A stretch of DNA of 54,824 bases, filler included, from Dirinaria sp. TL-2023a (taxonomy: Eukaryota), in assembly GCA_051941275.1 (NCBI GenBank). It is 2 parts of 2 records of this genome, joined end to end, with 100 filler letters (N's around TTAATTAATTAA, not from the genome) between each part and the next. Parts side by side here need not be neighbours in the genome. Positions count along the whole stretch, not along the records: positions 1 to 27,363 come from JAVEBF010000143.1; positions 27,464 to 54,824 come from JAVEBF010000144.1. The stretch is one strand, 5' to 3'. Position 1 is the stretch's first letter. Each line of letters starts with the position of its first letter. Both the position numbers and the translations under genes were made by a program. This document shows positions 25,827 to 38,100 of this stretch, piece after piece. The notes below the pieces were generated by a model. It did not search any database, was not told where the DNA came from, and was given only the letters and a program-made list of their open reading frames with translations.

Positions 25827-27363
25827 ACCTCCAATCCCAAACATTGTTTGAACCTTGCTTTTCGTCGACGCAGCGAATGATCCGGTTATGCATGCGCGGG
25901 AATATGCCCGCGGACGGAGATGATGCATCTTCCACTGGCGATAGGTTGCTGCCTTTCCGGCACCTCAAACCAACCAGCGCTTCGGACCGAGGAGGACGAA
26001 AAAGTCGGCGAGAGGCAAAAACCCTCAGTGCAAGTTTCCATGATTGTGGGAAAGGCTGAGGGGGGGCCTCTCCGGTGTGCATGGCGGCGCGCTCGTGCGA
26101 CCTTGCAGCGGGCCCTGCTTCGCTAAAGCGAGATGCGAGTCGTGCCGCTTTTAATCATCATCCATCCCTGTCCACTTTCCACTTTATAGATTACTGGTTC
26201 GAACACACTTCAAGCCTCCCAGTGCTCGATGAGGTCACGCAAAACCTTCTAACCGGCACATGCAGAGTGGGATGGAAATATCGGCTGGGGCTGAACCAGA
26301 ACAGCGTTTCAACGCCGTCTTTCTTGTCACCGTACGTCGCAGCGATTGCACGATTGGACGATGACACGATCCCGCCTGGCCAGAATCATAAGCGCGTCAG
26401 CAGGAGCCTTACAGCAGTAGCATGACCTTCCCGTTCCTCACCCCGAGTTCACGACTAATGCACTGCACATGTACTGTACTTTGGATTTGAGAAGCATGAG
26501 ATTCCACCCGAGCACCCGAGGATTCGATGTGGATGCGAGCGGGTAGTTGCCTCAGCCGCAATCCGTTTGCAATCCTCCTGTAACATGTACCTGCCAGTGG
26601 CTGCTGACTGCACCGTGCGTTTGTGTTGTTTTTGGCGAGTCGCCCGACGCACATGGGCATGTACCCAGTACACAGGTAAGCTCTGATGGATGCAGTGAGC
26701 ATTCGTCCATCATTGGACCATTTGGGCGTGGCCACCTCGTTCTACAGGCATGATCCCCACATCTATATTCGGCTACAGCCTCCCAGCACATGCGCATCCG
26801 CCCTAGTGTTCCCATTCTCCGAATCTTGCCCGCCCGATCTGACGGAAAGGCGTGGGATGAGAGAGATGTGCGCGTGTTCGTGCGGTCGTAGATTTATCAT
26901 CATCCTGCTCGACACCCATGCGGGAACGGGACTGGGTGGTGAGTGGTGGTGCTAAGTGGCTGACTTTAGCTGGTCCTGGTGATTTTTTTTTTCTCCTCCA
27001 TTCGCCATCCAGATCCTGCCCTTCCTTCCCTGACGGGCTCGTAGCGTGCGGCCCCGACCCAAAGAGAGCCATGCCATTCTATTTGTGGGCCAAGTCAGTG
27101 GGCCGGAAGGGCGTGTCGTCTGGACTGAACCTTAGCAACGCTCGTTCTGAGCCAGGATTGGAGGTTATCCAAGAGACCAAACCAACCTAGCGAGTAACGA
27201 GGCCTGACCAGCCCCCGGTTCTACGAGACTAAGTACGAGAGTCACTAAGTGTGAACCATGCACCCTATTGGCACAGGGGGTGGTTTCAGCACACCCTTAT
27301 TGGGGTGCTTGAGAAGTGAGGTGGATTTTCTTCTTGGGTTGGGACTTGGGAAGGGAGGGGGGG

Positions 27364-27463
27364 NNNNNNNNNNNNNNNNNNNNNNNNNNNNNNNNNNNNN
27401 NNNNNNNTTAATTAATTAANNNNNNNNNNNNNNNNNNNNNNNNNNNNNNNNNNNNNNNNNNNN
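27364..27463. other. Assembly gap / artificial contig-joining linker
   Basis: 44 N + TTAATTAATTAA (27408-27419; stop codons in all six frames) + 44 N = exactly 100 bp. Confidence 0.97.
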
Positions 27464-28492
27464 CTCAATACTCATAATTCGCAAGATTCTCAAGTCTTTT
27501 CAAACTTTTAATTATTAGCTCTCTATCAAAAATAAGTATATGATCTCTTACTCTCTATCACGCAATTTTTTGATATAGATAGATCCTGCTCGAATATCGA
27601 CTTCACTTCTCCTCCATCAAAATTGCTTTTGCGAAAGGACGCGTTCGCAGATACTTACGAAAGATAAATCAGCAGCAGTTTGTATCTTGAATAAAAAGTA
27701 ATTGTATGAAACATCGCACTGCGAAATTCTGTATTTTGCAGATGCGCGGAAGGGGTTTGAAGCACTCTGTCACGAACGCACGAGAAAAATAAATTTTATG
27801 TCACCCAATACTTGTACGTGCTTTATATATAGCTCGTATGTGCAAAAATCTTATATTGTCCCTGAATTTCAAGAGTGATCGACTTTTTTTTTTTTGCAAG
27901 AGGGATTCAATTAGTAGGAACCCCCCGCATGAGGAATTTGGAAGGCGTGGTCAAGTGTCGACACACACCTATCTTTCGATCGACGAAGAATTGACTGTCA
28001 AGAGCAAAGTCATCGTCGGTCGATATTCAGTCTCCAAAGAAGCTCCATAAAATGAGATATTTGATTTGCAAGCGCAAGTGTAGCCATCTTGGTTTGGTAC
28101 TTAGTCTCAAAAATATGATATAATACATGATGTAACCCTTTTTCTCTCTGGTTAGGCATGTTTGATGAATGGTGTATCAACATGCGAATTTCTTCGCTTG
28201 AAAGGATTTGGAGCGCACAAGCTGCCTGCTGATCAATTTCTGGATTGATTTTTTCCGTTTTTGACACTTTTCCATCTTGTCCAAATGCATTACTGCTGGA
28301 AAGAGCCTCTCTCCGAGCCCAAGGTGCCCACACGACGCTGAAGAGATAATCTTGTTTCCTGTAAATCTAGCTATGGTCCATGAGACCAATTTTGTAACGG
28401 ACGGTAGCCTTCACGCAGAAATATAACAATGATAGTATCTAGTCGAGTATCCGTGCATTAGCACCCGGAACTCAAGAACATTGGTCTTAAAA

Positions 28493-30227
28493 TCATGATC
28501 GAGACCTGATATGCACGTAAAGAGGAGGCTTCTGCCATAAAAGGTACGACTGCTGCTGTGTGAACCAGTGTCGACTCTCATCGGCAACCTCGATGTCGAA
28601 ATTCCAGAACATTCGCGCAAGGATCAAGCGAAACTCTGCACACGCAAGACTATAACATTATTAGAGGCAAGTCTTTTCAATATTCTGGTTGCGTTCCTCG
28701 ATTTGTCGCATTGGGGACGTGACTTACTTCATGCCAATACAGTTCCGTGGCCCGTATGAGAACGGATGGAAACAATCACGCCAATCGTTAGCGAAGGGTG
28801 TGCTCTTGTTAGCATCCAACCAGCGTTCTGGATGGAAGTCTTTCGCATTCTTGAAGTTCCGTTCGCTAAGGTACATTGCTCGATGAGGGATGCCTAAGAC
28901 AACCTGGTAGTCACAAGGACCGGTCCGTGAGCTTCACGTATTCTTCTTCAGTTTACGGTATCTAGGCAGATGAGGCTTACATTACTCGGGATTCTCTCTC
29001 CAAGGACCATGCTACCTCCTGGCGGTGTGATACATGGTTGAGAGTTCGGTCCTGGCGGATCCAAGCGTAGACATTCTTCCGTCACGGCACACAGGTACGG
29101 CAGTTTCGCCACGCTAAGCAAATCGATCCCATCTTCACTGGCGAAATTACAGCGAAGTTCTTCTACAACTTTATTTGTGACTTGTGGGTTAGTGGCAATC
29201 AGGTATGTTGCTCCTGCCAGAGAAGTTGCTGTTGTTTCGGAGCCAGCCAAGGTCAGGATGACAGCATTGTTCGTGAGCTCCTCGCGAGAAAGTGACTAAA
29301 CCAGTACAAAGTACAGAGTCAGCTTTTCTCACTTCATGATGATGATTTTTCAACATTGAGTGCATCATGTACCTACCAAGCCCCCTTTTCCGGAAGTCAT
29401 ATGCTGCATAAAGTTCAGCCTCGAACCCTTGTGCTCTACGAGGTTTTCGACATTCTGTCTAGAAACCTTCTGGTATTCCTTGAACTGCCTAATAGCTTCC
29501 TCGACACGGATAAGGGCAGGAAAAAATAGAAAACAGGAAGTCGGCTACAGATCAAGATGAAAGCCGTGACACGGATATTTGCAAAAACAAGAAAAATCCA
29601 AGGATGCAAGGCAGACTCACGCAAGCATCCGAAGGCCTCTCCGAACGCAAGATCACCGATGATGTCGAAAGAGCAATAATTGTACCAGGCAGATACATCC
29701 ACATGAGATCCATGGCCGTTCATCTTTTCCCGCAATCTCTTAATGAGCAAGTCCACATAGCTTTGAATCAGAGATTGTTGTTCCGGCATCGCACCCGCGG
29801 AGAAGCCATTGACGAGCAACCTACGCATTCGTGCGTGATCTCCGCGCGGTGCGCCTATGATGTCGTTATTTTTAGGACTACAGTACCATGGGGCTTTAGC
29901 GTTTTCGCTCCGTTCTCCAGCTTTGTCGCGACCGAAGATGTCTTCCCATGCTTCTGGTTTGATTTGAGAGAGCTGCTTCGGACCTAATCGGGCGATAGGG
30001 CCGTATACATTGTGCAGGTGAAGAAATTCGTCATGGGACTTGCTGGAGATGAACATGAACATCCACGGCAGGATCGAGGCGGCCCAAAGCTTTAGGCCAG
30101 GATATGTGCGTAGAGGATGGAAAAGGACATTGTCAACGGGGAGGACGATTGTATATCTGCCTATCAGCACCCCAAGCAGGAAGAGAAGGATATTTCAAAC
30201 ATGACTATCAGAGAGGACAATGTGCAT
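28493..30227 (-). pseudogene. Cytochrome P450 monooxygenase pseudogene (cluster tailoring enzyme)
   Basis: FHPLRTYPG, WYNYCSFDIIGDLAFGEAFGCL, AGSETTAT (I-helix), EECLR (ExxR), FHPERW, PFSYGPRNCIG (heme Cys); in-frame TGA at codon 11 (30197-30195) and a 1-nt frameshift near 29490. Confidence 0.88.
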
Positions 30228-30773
30228 CTCCCCCGCTGCTGCAATGCGAGGTTATTACAGATGGTGGAGTGACCACTTTCGGAGCATTGGACCATACAGT
30301 TCTTCGAAGTTGTCCAGATCTCTCAATGAGTGAGTGACAACGACAGAAAACAGGCGCGACAATGATGGGCAAATCTCCTTTGACTGGGGTTCCCTCCTCG
30401 TTGTAATCCCAATCGTCGATCACAAGCATCTAGACCGGCGACTATTGGGTGCTATGAGTCTAGTGGCAAGTGATAGATGCCACATCATCGCGCATAAAGT
30501 CAGATCCTTCAACGCACACAAGCTGCAGATCAATTGGAGTTGGTCACGGCTCCGATGCAGAGGTCCGCATTTCGCCGTTAATTTCCCATTCAAGCCATCG
30601 CAGGTGAAATCTCCATATACTTTGCCTGGGTAGAATGGAGGCAGCCGCGGGTTTCGACGCATGTAGACTGCTGACGCTGTTGGAGAGCTCGCTCCTCTCT
30701 TCACTGTGTGTGAACAGCACTCCATGCGGGAAATGCAAATAAAAATCTTCGAGCCTCAATCGTCCAGCAAGCT

Positions 30774-31925
30774 ATGGCACCCCAGATCCAAACGGCGGTT
30801 GTCCAATCCAAGACAGACTCCACCAAAGAAACAGATCTTCCCGTTGCCATATCGCATTGCAAACCAGTCCTCGATCTTCCCTCTCCCCATTATGTTCGTG
30901 TCCGTGTGTTGGCCGTGGGCCTCAACCCAACAGACCTAAAAATGGTCACCCATTTCTTCATGTCCAACAATACGGTTGGCTGCGACTTTTGCGGCATCGT
31001 CGAAAGCGCAGGTTCCGCTGCTCTTGTCCCCACAGGAACCAGGATTTGCGGGGCAGATTTCCCGTACCGACCGAATAATCCCCACAACGGTGCCTTCTCG
31101 CAGTGGGTTGTAGCAGACTCCCGACAGATGGTGAGGGTCCCGGACTCGTGGAGCGATACACAAGCAGCTGCGCTCGGCGCTGTTGGATGGGGGACTGTTT
31201 GCATGGCTGTTTCAGATCCGGAGGCGTTGGACCTGAAAGGCCTGCCATCGAGACCGGTTGAGGAGCGGATTCCTGTCCTAGTGTACGGTGGGGCAACAGC
31301 CACTGGGCTCATGGCTATCCAAATGTTGAAGCAGTCAGTCATCTCTTGAATCACTGCATCCTGTTTATGAAGGTTGATCGCACCCATTAGGTCAGGCTAT
31401 GCGCCTATCGCCGTCTGTTCCCCAGCCTCCGTACATTGCGTAAAGAAGATGGGCGCTATAGGGACTGCGTCTTACACATCAGCAAACTGTGTGGAAACTA
31501 TCAAGTCACTAGCCGCCGGTATATCTATCAAATACGCTCTCGACTGCATCACCGATGCCGATTCTGCCGCCACATGTTTCGCCGCTTTGTCACGAGCTGG
31601 CGGTCGTTATGCATGTCTTGAAGACTGCCCAGAGACGTGGCGGACAAGACGCGCCGTCAAGGTGAAAATCGTTATGGGCTTTGAGATGCAAGGCCGCGAT
31701 GTCGATTTCGATCATCCAGTCTATACCCGCAAAGCCAGCCCGAAGTTGCATGCTATTGGCACTCATTGGGCCAAGGAGATGCAGTCGCTGCTAGATCAGG
31801 GGTCGATCACTACTCAACCAATCCAGGAGGTAGGGGGAAGGTTTGAGGGCATAGTCAAGGCTTTGGAGCTGCTCAAGGACGGAAAGGTGAAAGGAAAAAA
31901 GCTGGTTGTGAGGATATCGGAGTAG
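30774..31925 (+). CDS. Trans-acting enoyl reductase (LovC/TenC/Bet3-like, MDR family), intron 31334-31390, 364 aa
   Basis: [61 protein letters not shown]; intact frame after splicing; located in a cluster with an ER-inactive PKS. Confidence 0.92.
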
Positions 31926-32176
31926 CAACCTCTCCTCAGAGTTTTTCCTGAATTTGAGGACATATCTCCCTAGCGACGCTCGCATATATTGCATGACACT
32001 AGAACTGTGCAAATCATCTTACAATGGCCATTGAGTATACGCATGTTTCATGGGCTTTCCGTCCCATACAATTTCGCTGGCTTAGAGTCAAAGGGCCCGT
32101 CCTGACCATCATCCGTAATGAGACATGTTTGAGCGAGGTTCCGATCTCGATCGTGCGGGTAGATAAGGCTCTGATG

Positions 32177-33703
32177 CTACCGGGCTGCAAGGGTTTGCTG
32201 GAACTTTTCTCAGTATTCTCGCCTCAGCACAGAATAAAGCGAGTAGTTCCTCTGTGCGTCCTTGCCCGTACTCGAGAAGTCGCTAATTACGGAGAAGTCT
32301 CTCGCAAAAGCGTGAAGTTGAATGTAAGATGATCTACCTAACTTCTGCCCTCTCATATGATGCTCTTTTCTAACAAAAGTCGCAGAAAGGTCGAGTTCGT
32401 AGGAATCGCTCTTCGTCCAGTTCGTACATACAATCATATGCATTCACAGATCATCAAAAAAAGCAGAACTATCAGTCGTGTCTCGTGAGACTCGGTCGAG
32501 GGCCATGCGCATCTCGATTTGTCCTCTCGTGCTCAGCTCGAGAAGAGTTTTGCGAAGAGTAGCGACAACATGGCCAAGAATTCGTACTAAGACGTCGCTG
32601 GCTGACATGAAGACGGGCACGTAAGTTATTGCATTACCTATGAAGACGCTGCTGGCAGAGAGTAAATCTTTTGAAAGAAGCCCCCGCAGTCGGAAGGCGA
32701 TATTTATAGCAATGGTCTAAGACGATTTGTGCGGTATTCGAGAGAGTATCTGACGCGTTCACCATGCATAAAAGACACCATCATCGCTGAGAAACGGAGT
32801 TGCCTCATTAGTCTTAACTTTTTGCTCATTGTCAATATCGTTAAGAGCAGTATCCCGAAGAGACTGCACGTAAGCAGCCGATACACAGATCACTCTACCC
32901 TCATCCTTTGATCGCCAAAAAAAGTTGATCACATATGTTGCGCACTTCAAATTTCATCAACTGCCAAGTACTCATCCGCTTATCGACATGCTTGTATTGA
33001 TTGTTGCATCGAATGCTGGCTTAACGTGATCGGAGAATCAGTCTGAACGCCATGTAGAGATAGAACCTCGGCTTCTCACTTCTGAAGCATAAGAGATCAT
33101 GCATCAAGCAATGCCTTACGCCTCATGCGGTCAAGAAGAACGTGCAGCCATGACAAAGTAGTCAATCTTGCGTCTGCGAACAAGACGATGTGCAGTTCAA
33201 GCATGGGTCGATCTGCAGAGATGTAATGATCGAAACATTCAGGATCTTCTGATGGACGCATGAGAGACACGAAACCATCATCTCGGGCTACAATATGTGG
33301 GCTGATTGATGCCCTCCGTAAACATGAAGCAAAAGAGTGCTCGTCGATACTGATTGAATACGGGACATGAGAGAATATTATCGGTGGCCGCTGATCATCG
33401 AAAATGGTAGACACTTGGTACTTAAGGTTTGCCTTATCCTGAAAAATACATGAGTGTATTCTGGATTCGCATTCTCTGCTCCTTTGCATTGAGTCTTAGT
33501 CATGCACCTAACTTACGCCAGTCAATTCGTTCGAGCAGTTTCATCATGGCTGCACGTATTTTCTCGACGTCAAGCGCGTCGTCAATACGCATGAAGTAGT
33601 AGAGAATCACAGACCGAAATAAGGTGGTGTCGTCACAATGATGCACTGGCAATACCTCATCGCTGGGTACTTTGGGTGGCGAGGTAAATCTTCTCTTAAA
33701 CAT
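32177..33703 (-). pseudogene. CoA-dependent acyltransferase (HxxxD transferase fold) pseudogene
   Basis: LDVEKIRAAM..WRKLGA*LRLN, RPPIIFSH, LHIVLFADARLTTLSWLHVLLD (HxxxD), LDA*SLMLQK*EAEV, NWTKS..ELDLS, GKDAQRNY..REY*EK; at least 4 in-frame stops (33500, 33097, about 33076, 32210). Confidence 0.78.
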
Positions 33704-35154
33704 GTTCGCGGTCCCAGTCTTTGGTATGTAATTGACTGGAGCTTTATGGAAGACTGAAGACTCTAATTGAGGCAGAATGTACTTCTATGCATCATCATCG
33801 TAGTTAAGCGTGCAACAACAGCCTCACGGTTGAGGGGGCGGGATGTCTGTTTTGCTGGCTGAAGCGGGCCTGACAGAGTTTTGGCTGTGGCCGCCGGCTA
33901 TTTGTCTCATGACAGCTCCCAGCATGGCTGATGTGATCTCTTCTCAGATGACTCGACCTTTTAGCTAACCGATCTATGAGACCGCCATTTACGTGCTGGG
34001 TCAGCGCAGAGGATTGTTCATTAGAGGGTAATGCAAGGCAAGGGGGAAGTGTTTAGATGCCTGCGATGTTACCTAATGGAGATCATCAATGCCACCTCGG
34101 TTGCGTATTTGATAGGTACGTGGTCGCTTCTATGCAAATATCTGACCTAGCAGCATAGAAGCATACGATTTCCAGATGCGGTTGGCAGCACGAGTGGGCC
34201 TGCCTGATGCGGTTAGCGGCATCGGTGATGAGCTTTTGCAGAGTTTCCACAACATACTTTATAGACTACATGACAGTCCGCTTGGCAGGTGCTTGAGGGT
34301 GCATATAAGGCCCCATCGGCACCTCCTTTGGCTTTCTCGCCTACCCACTCTCGGTATCAGCCGCAGACGTAGCTGGAATTGTTGGCGGTTTAGGCAGCAT
34401 GATTTGAGGCAGCTTTGGCTTGCTAGATAGACGCCTTCGGCCCCAGCGAGGCCCAAAATCTGATACAAAGACTTTTTGCAACACAAGCTCATGAGGATCG
34501 AAAGCACTTCTGCTTACCCAAGAACCTAGTGGCTGTGCATCGGCCTACTGCGAAGGGCTGCAGGTACAACAACGCTGAATGCTCCGATTCAGAAACCGAA
34601 GGCGATCACGAAGCGCCTGATATTTGCCGCTTCAGGCGATAACCGTATCCGAAGAAAACAGTTCCAACATCATGTGACCGTGGTTGATGGTGGAAGCCTG
34701 AAGAATGATTCTGATACGATACGATACGACGCACGATGTCCTCGCCATAGATCATGAAGCCTTGCCCACCGCAAGATAGATCCAGTGTTGTCAAAGCATT
34801 GTTACCTTCCAAGCCGGTTGGTACGAGTAGTGAATGTGAACCAAAGTAATATGTCAATAAATGGCAACGATCAAGAACAATCATATTAAATTGATGACGG
34901 TTTCCTATTGGCCTGTACCTTGGTCCGACCATCTTTTATTCTGGCAAGTGAGGCGCTTCATCCTGATGGATGTTATAAGTACTCTGGTTGATAAAAGGTC
35001 TTGGTCCGATTTGTAGGTCGCTTTCCATTGACAGTTCGACGTTGGCCTTTCAACAGACCGGCTGCCGGATGCAGCTACTTCTCTATAGCATTCTTCTTAC
35101 TCTTACATTACTCCAACGCCAGATATTCCGGTTTGGCGGCCTCTTTATCCCATT

Positions 35155-38100
35155 ATGGCTTCTAAAGCGTCTAGCGAGCCGATTGCTATCGTCGGTAGTG
35201 CGTGCCACTTCGCTGGCGACGTGGATTCGCCCTCAAAGCTGTGGAACCTCCTTAAAGAGCCCAAAGATGTTCTCAAAGGTATTCCCGGAGATCGATTCAG
35301 TGCCAAAGGGTTCTATCACCAGGATCCTTCGTATCATGGACACAGTAATGTTATGCATTCGTATATGATGAACAGAGACCCGAGTGCCTTTGATGCTGAG
35401 TTCTTTGGCGTCAACGCCATTGAGGCGAAGGCCATGGACCCTCAGCAGCGAATCCTCATTGAGACGGTTTACGAGGCGATTGAGTCTGCAGGCCTGACAA
35501 TAGAACGGTTGAGAGGCAGCGATTCGAGTGTCTTTGCTGGCGTGATGACGGGCGACTATGAGGCAATGCTCCTTCGTGATCTAGATGCGACTCCGACATA
35601 CTTCGCTGTGGGAACTTCGAGGGCCGTTCTTTCCAATCGCATCTCCTATTTCTTTGACTGGCATGGTGCCTCTGTGACCATCGACACAGCGTGTTCCTCA
35701 AGTTTAGTAGCGGTGCACATGGCTGTTCAAGCGCTTCGGGCAGGCGATTCACATATGGCGGTAGCTTGTGGCTCCAACGTCATTCTCGGGCCTGAGAGCT
35801 ACATTATCGAAAGCAAGGTAAAGATGCTGTCCCCAGACGGCCGTAGTCGGATGTGGGACAAAGATGCCAATGGATACGCGCGTGGAGATGGCGTAGCCGC
35901 CCTTGTGCTCAAACCCCTTAGCGCTGCGTTAGCGGATGGAGACCATGTTGAATGTCTTATTCGTGAGACCGGACTCAATCAAGACGGTGCAACGGCTGGT
36001 CTTACCATGCCTAGCGCCACTGCGCAGCAAGCTCTAATCCACAGCACCTATGCCAAGGCAGGTCTTGACATCTCACAGCCGACTGATCGACCTCAGTATT
36101 TTGAGGCTCACGGAACCGGGACGCCGGCTGGAGATCCAATCGAAGCGGAGGCAATCAGCAGCGCTTTCTTTGGCAATGAAAAGAAGAATTTCCAGCCAGA
36201 CTCCAATGGTCATCCGTTATATGTTGGCTCGATAAAGACTGTTCTTGGTCATACCGAAGGCACGGCTGGTGTTGCTGCAGTCCTGAAAGCGTCACTGGCG
36301 ATCCAAAACTCTTGCATTCCTCCTAATCTTCTGTTCAATAACCTCAGCCCGTCCGTTGCGCCTTTCTATGATGGTCTCGAGATCCGCCGAAGCGCAACAT
36401 CTTGGCCGTTGGTCACCCAATCCCAAACAAGACGAGCCAGCATTAACAGCTTTGGCTTTGGTGGTGCGAATGCGCATGCTATTCTCGAAAGTTACCAGGG
36501 TGTCGATGGCGCTGCATCTGAAACAGCCCTGTTCACACCATTCGTGTTCTCAGCCATGTCGGAAAAATCGCTACGAGCTAACCTCCATGCGTACGCCACG
36601 TATCTAGCAACGGATCCAAAAATCAACGCTGGTGACTTGGCATACAATTTGAGTGAGCGTCGAGAAGTCTTTCCATACCGCGTTGCATTTCCAGCAAGCA
36701 GCCTGGAGAGTCTCAAAGCCACAATTCTGGCGCGATTGGAAACCAAGGATACGAGTGTTGGCTTGAAAGCTTTAACAAGGAAAGGAGTTAATCCCAGATT
36801 ACTTGGGGTCTTTACCGGCCAGGGAGCGCAATATGCCCGCATGGGCGCCGCATTGTTTGAAGAATCTCGATTCGCCCGGCGGTTCATGCAGAACATGGAG
36901 CATTGCCTTTCACAGCTACCAGAAGAAGATCGTCCGAGTTGGTCACTGAGAAATGAGATTCTCGCAAATGAAAATAATTCTCGTCTTGACGAGGCCCCCC
37001 TATCCCAACCTTTGTGTACGGCTGTCCAGATTCTCTTGGTTGATCTGCTCAAGTCTGCAGGTGTCCAGTTCGATGCGGTAGTTGGCCATTCCTCGGGCGA
37101 GATTGCTGCCGCCTACGCTGCAGGCTATCTTACAGCACGTGATGCGATCTACATAGCCTACTATCGCGGATTACACTGCAAACACGCAGCAAGTCCCAAT
37201 GGTGACGTCAAAGGAGCGATGCTAGCGGTAGGGACTTCCGTAGAGGATGCTATGGAGCTGTGTGAGTTGGAGGAATTTGCTGGCCGTATTGTCATTGCAG
37301 CTTGCAATTCCTCAGCAAGCGTGACTATCTCGGGAGATGAAGACGCAATTGCTGAGTTGCAGGTCATCCTAGATGACGAGAAGAAATTCAGCCGTCGGCT
37401 CAGGGTAGATCAAGCATATCACTCGAGACACATGCTATCTTGTTTCGATCCCTATGTTAAGTCGCTGCGACGTGTTGGTGTCAAAGCGCTGAAGCCTCTG
37501 TCGTCCCATTGTACATGGTTTTCTAGCGTCTGCGAAGGGAGGCCGATTGATGCAAAGAACAGACTGAGCGACATTTACTGGGCAGAAAACATGATCAAGC
37601 CGGTACTTTTCTCCCAAGCGGTCACCGCTGGAGCCTCAATCGACATGGTGCTTGAAGTCGGTCCACATCCGGCACTAAAGGGACCCACTAGCCAGACAAT
37701 TCAGGACGTGCTGCAAAAGCCAATTCCTTATCATAGTATGCTTGCTCGAGGTGAGAATGCAATTGAAGCCTTTTCGATGGGCTTGGGATTCCTGTGGTCA
37801 TATCTGCAGAGGGATTCCGTCAAATTCGATGACTTTGTAAGGACGATGCAAGACGGACATCCGCAATCGTTCAATATCCTTAAAGGTTTACCCCCATATC
37901 AATGGAACCACGAGGTAAAGTACTGGCATGAATCGCGCAGAAGCAGACAGATGCGGTTGAGGGGGAAACCTGTACACCCACTGCTTGGAGACTTGAGTCC
38001 CGATAGTGCTTCTCATCATTGGCGGTGGCAGAACATCTTAAAGCCAAGTGAGATCGACTGGCTCGAGGGTCACCAGGTTCAGAACCAAATTCTATTCCCA

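Noticed and set aside
4597..33502. UGA-to-Trp recoding, suggested by several in-frame TGA codons at probable Trp positions (4597, 30197, 33097, 32210)
   Set aside because: Intact genes here (hydroxy acid oxidase, RPS30, PKS) terminate with TGA. The broken genes also contain frameshifts, TAA/TAG stops or TGA at Arg positions, so ordinary pseudogenisation explains it.
28493..33703. Classical RIP as the cause of cluster gene decay
   Set aside because: Inferred lesions are TGG>TGA, CGA>TGA and indels rather than dense CpA>TpA changes, and the genes are not strongly AT-enriched.
34100..34950. Additional cluster gene between the acyltransferase relic and the PKS
   Set aside because: Short ORFs on both strands show no recognisable family motif.
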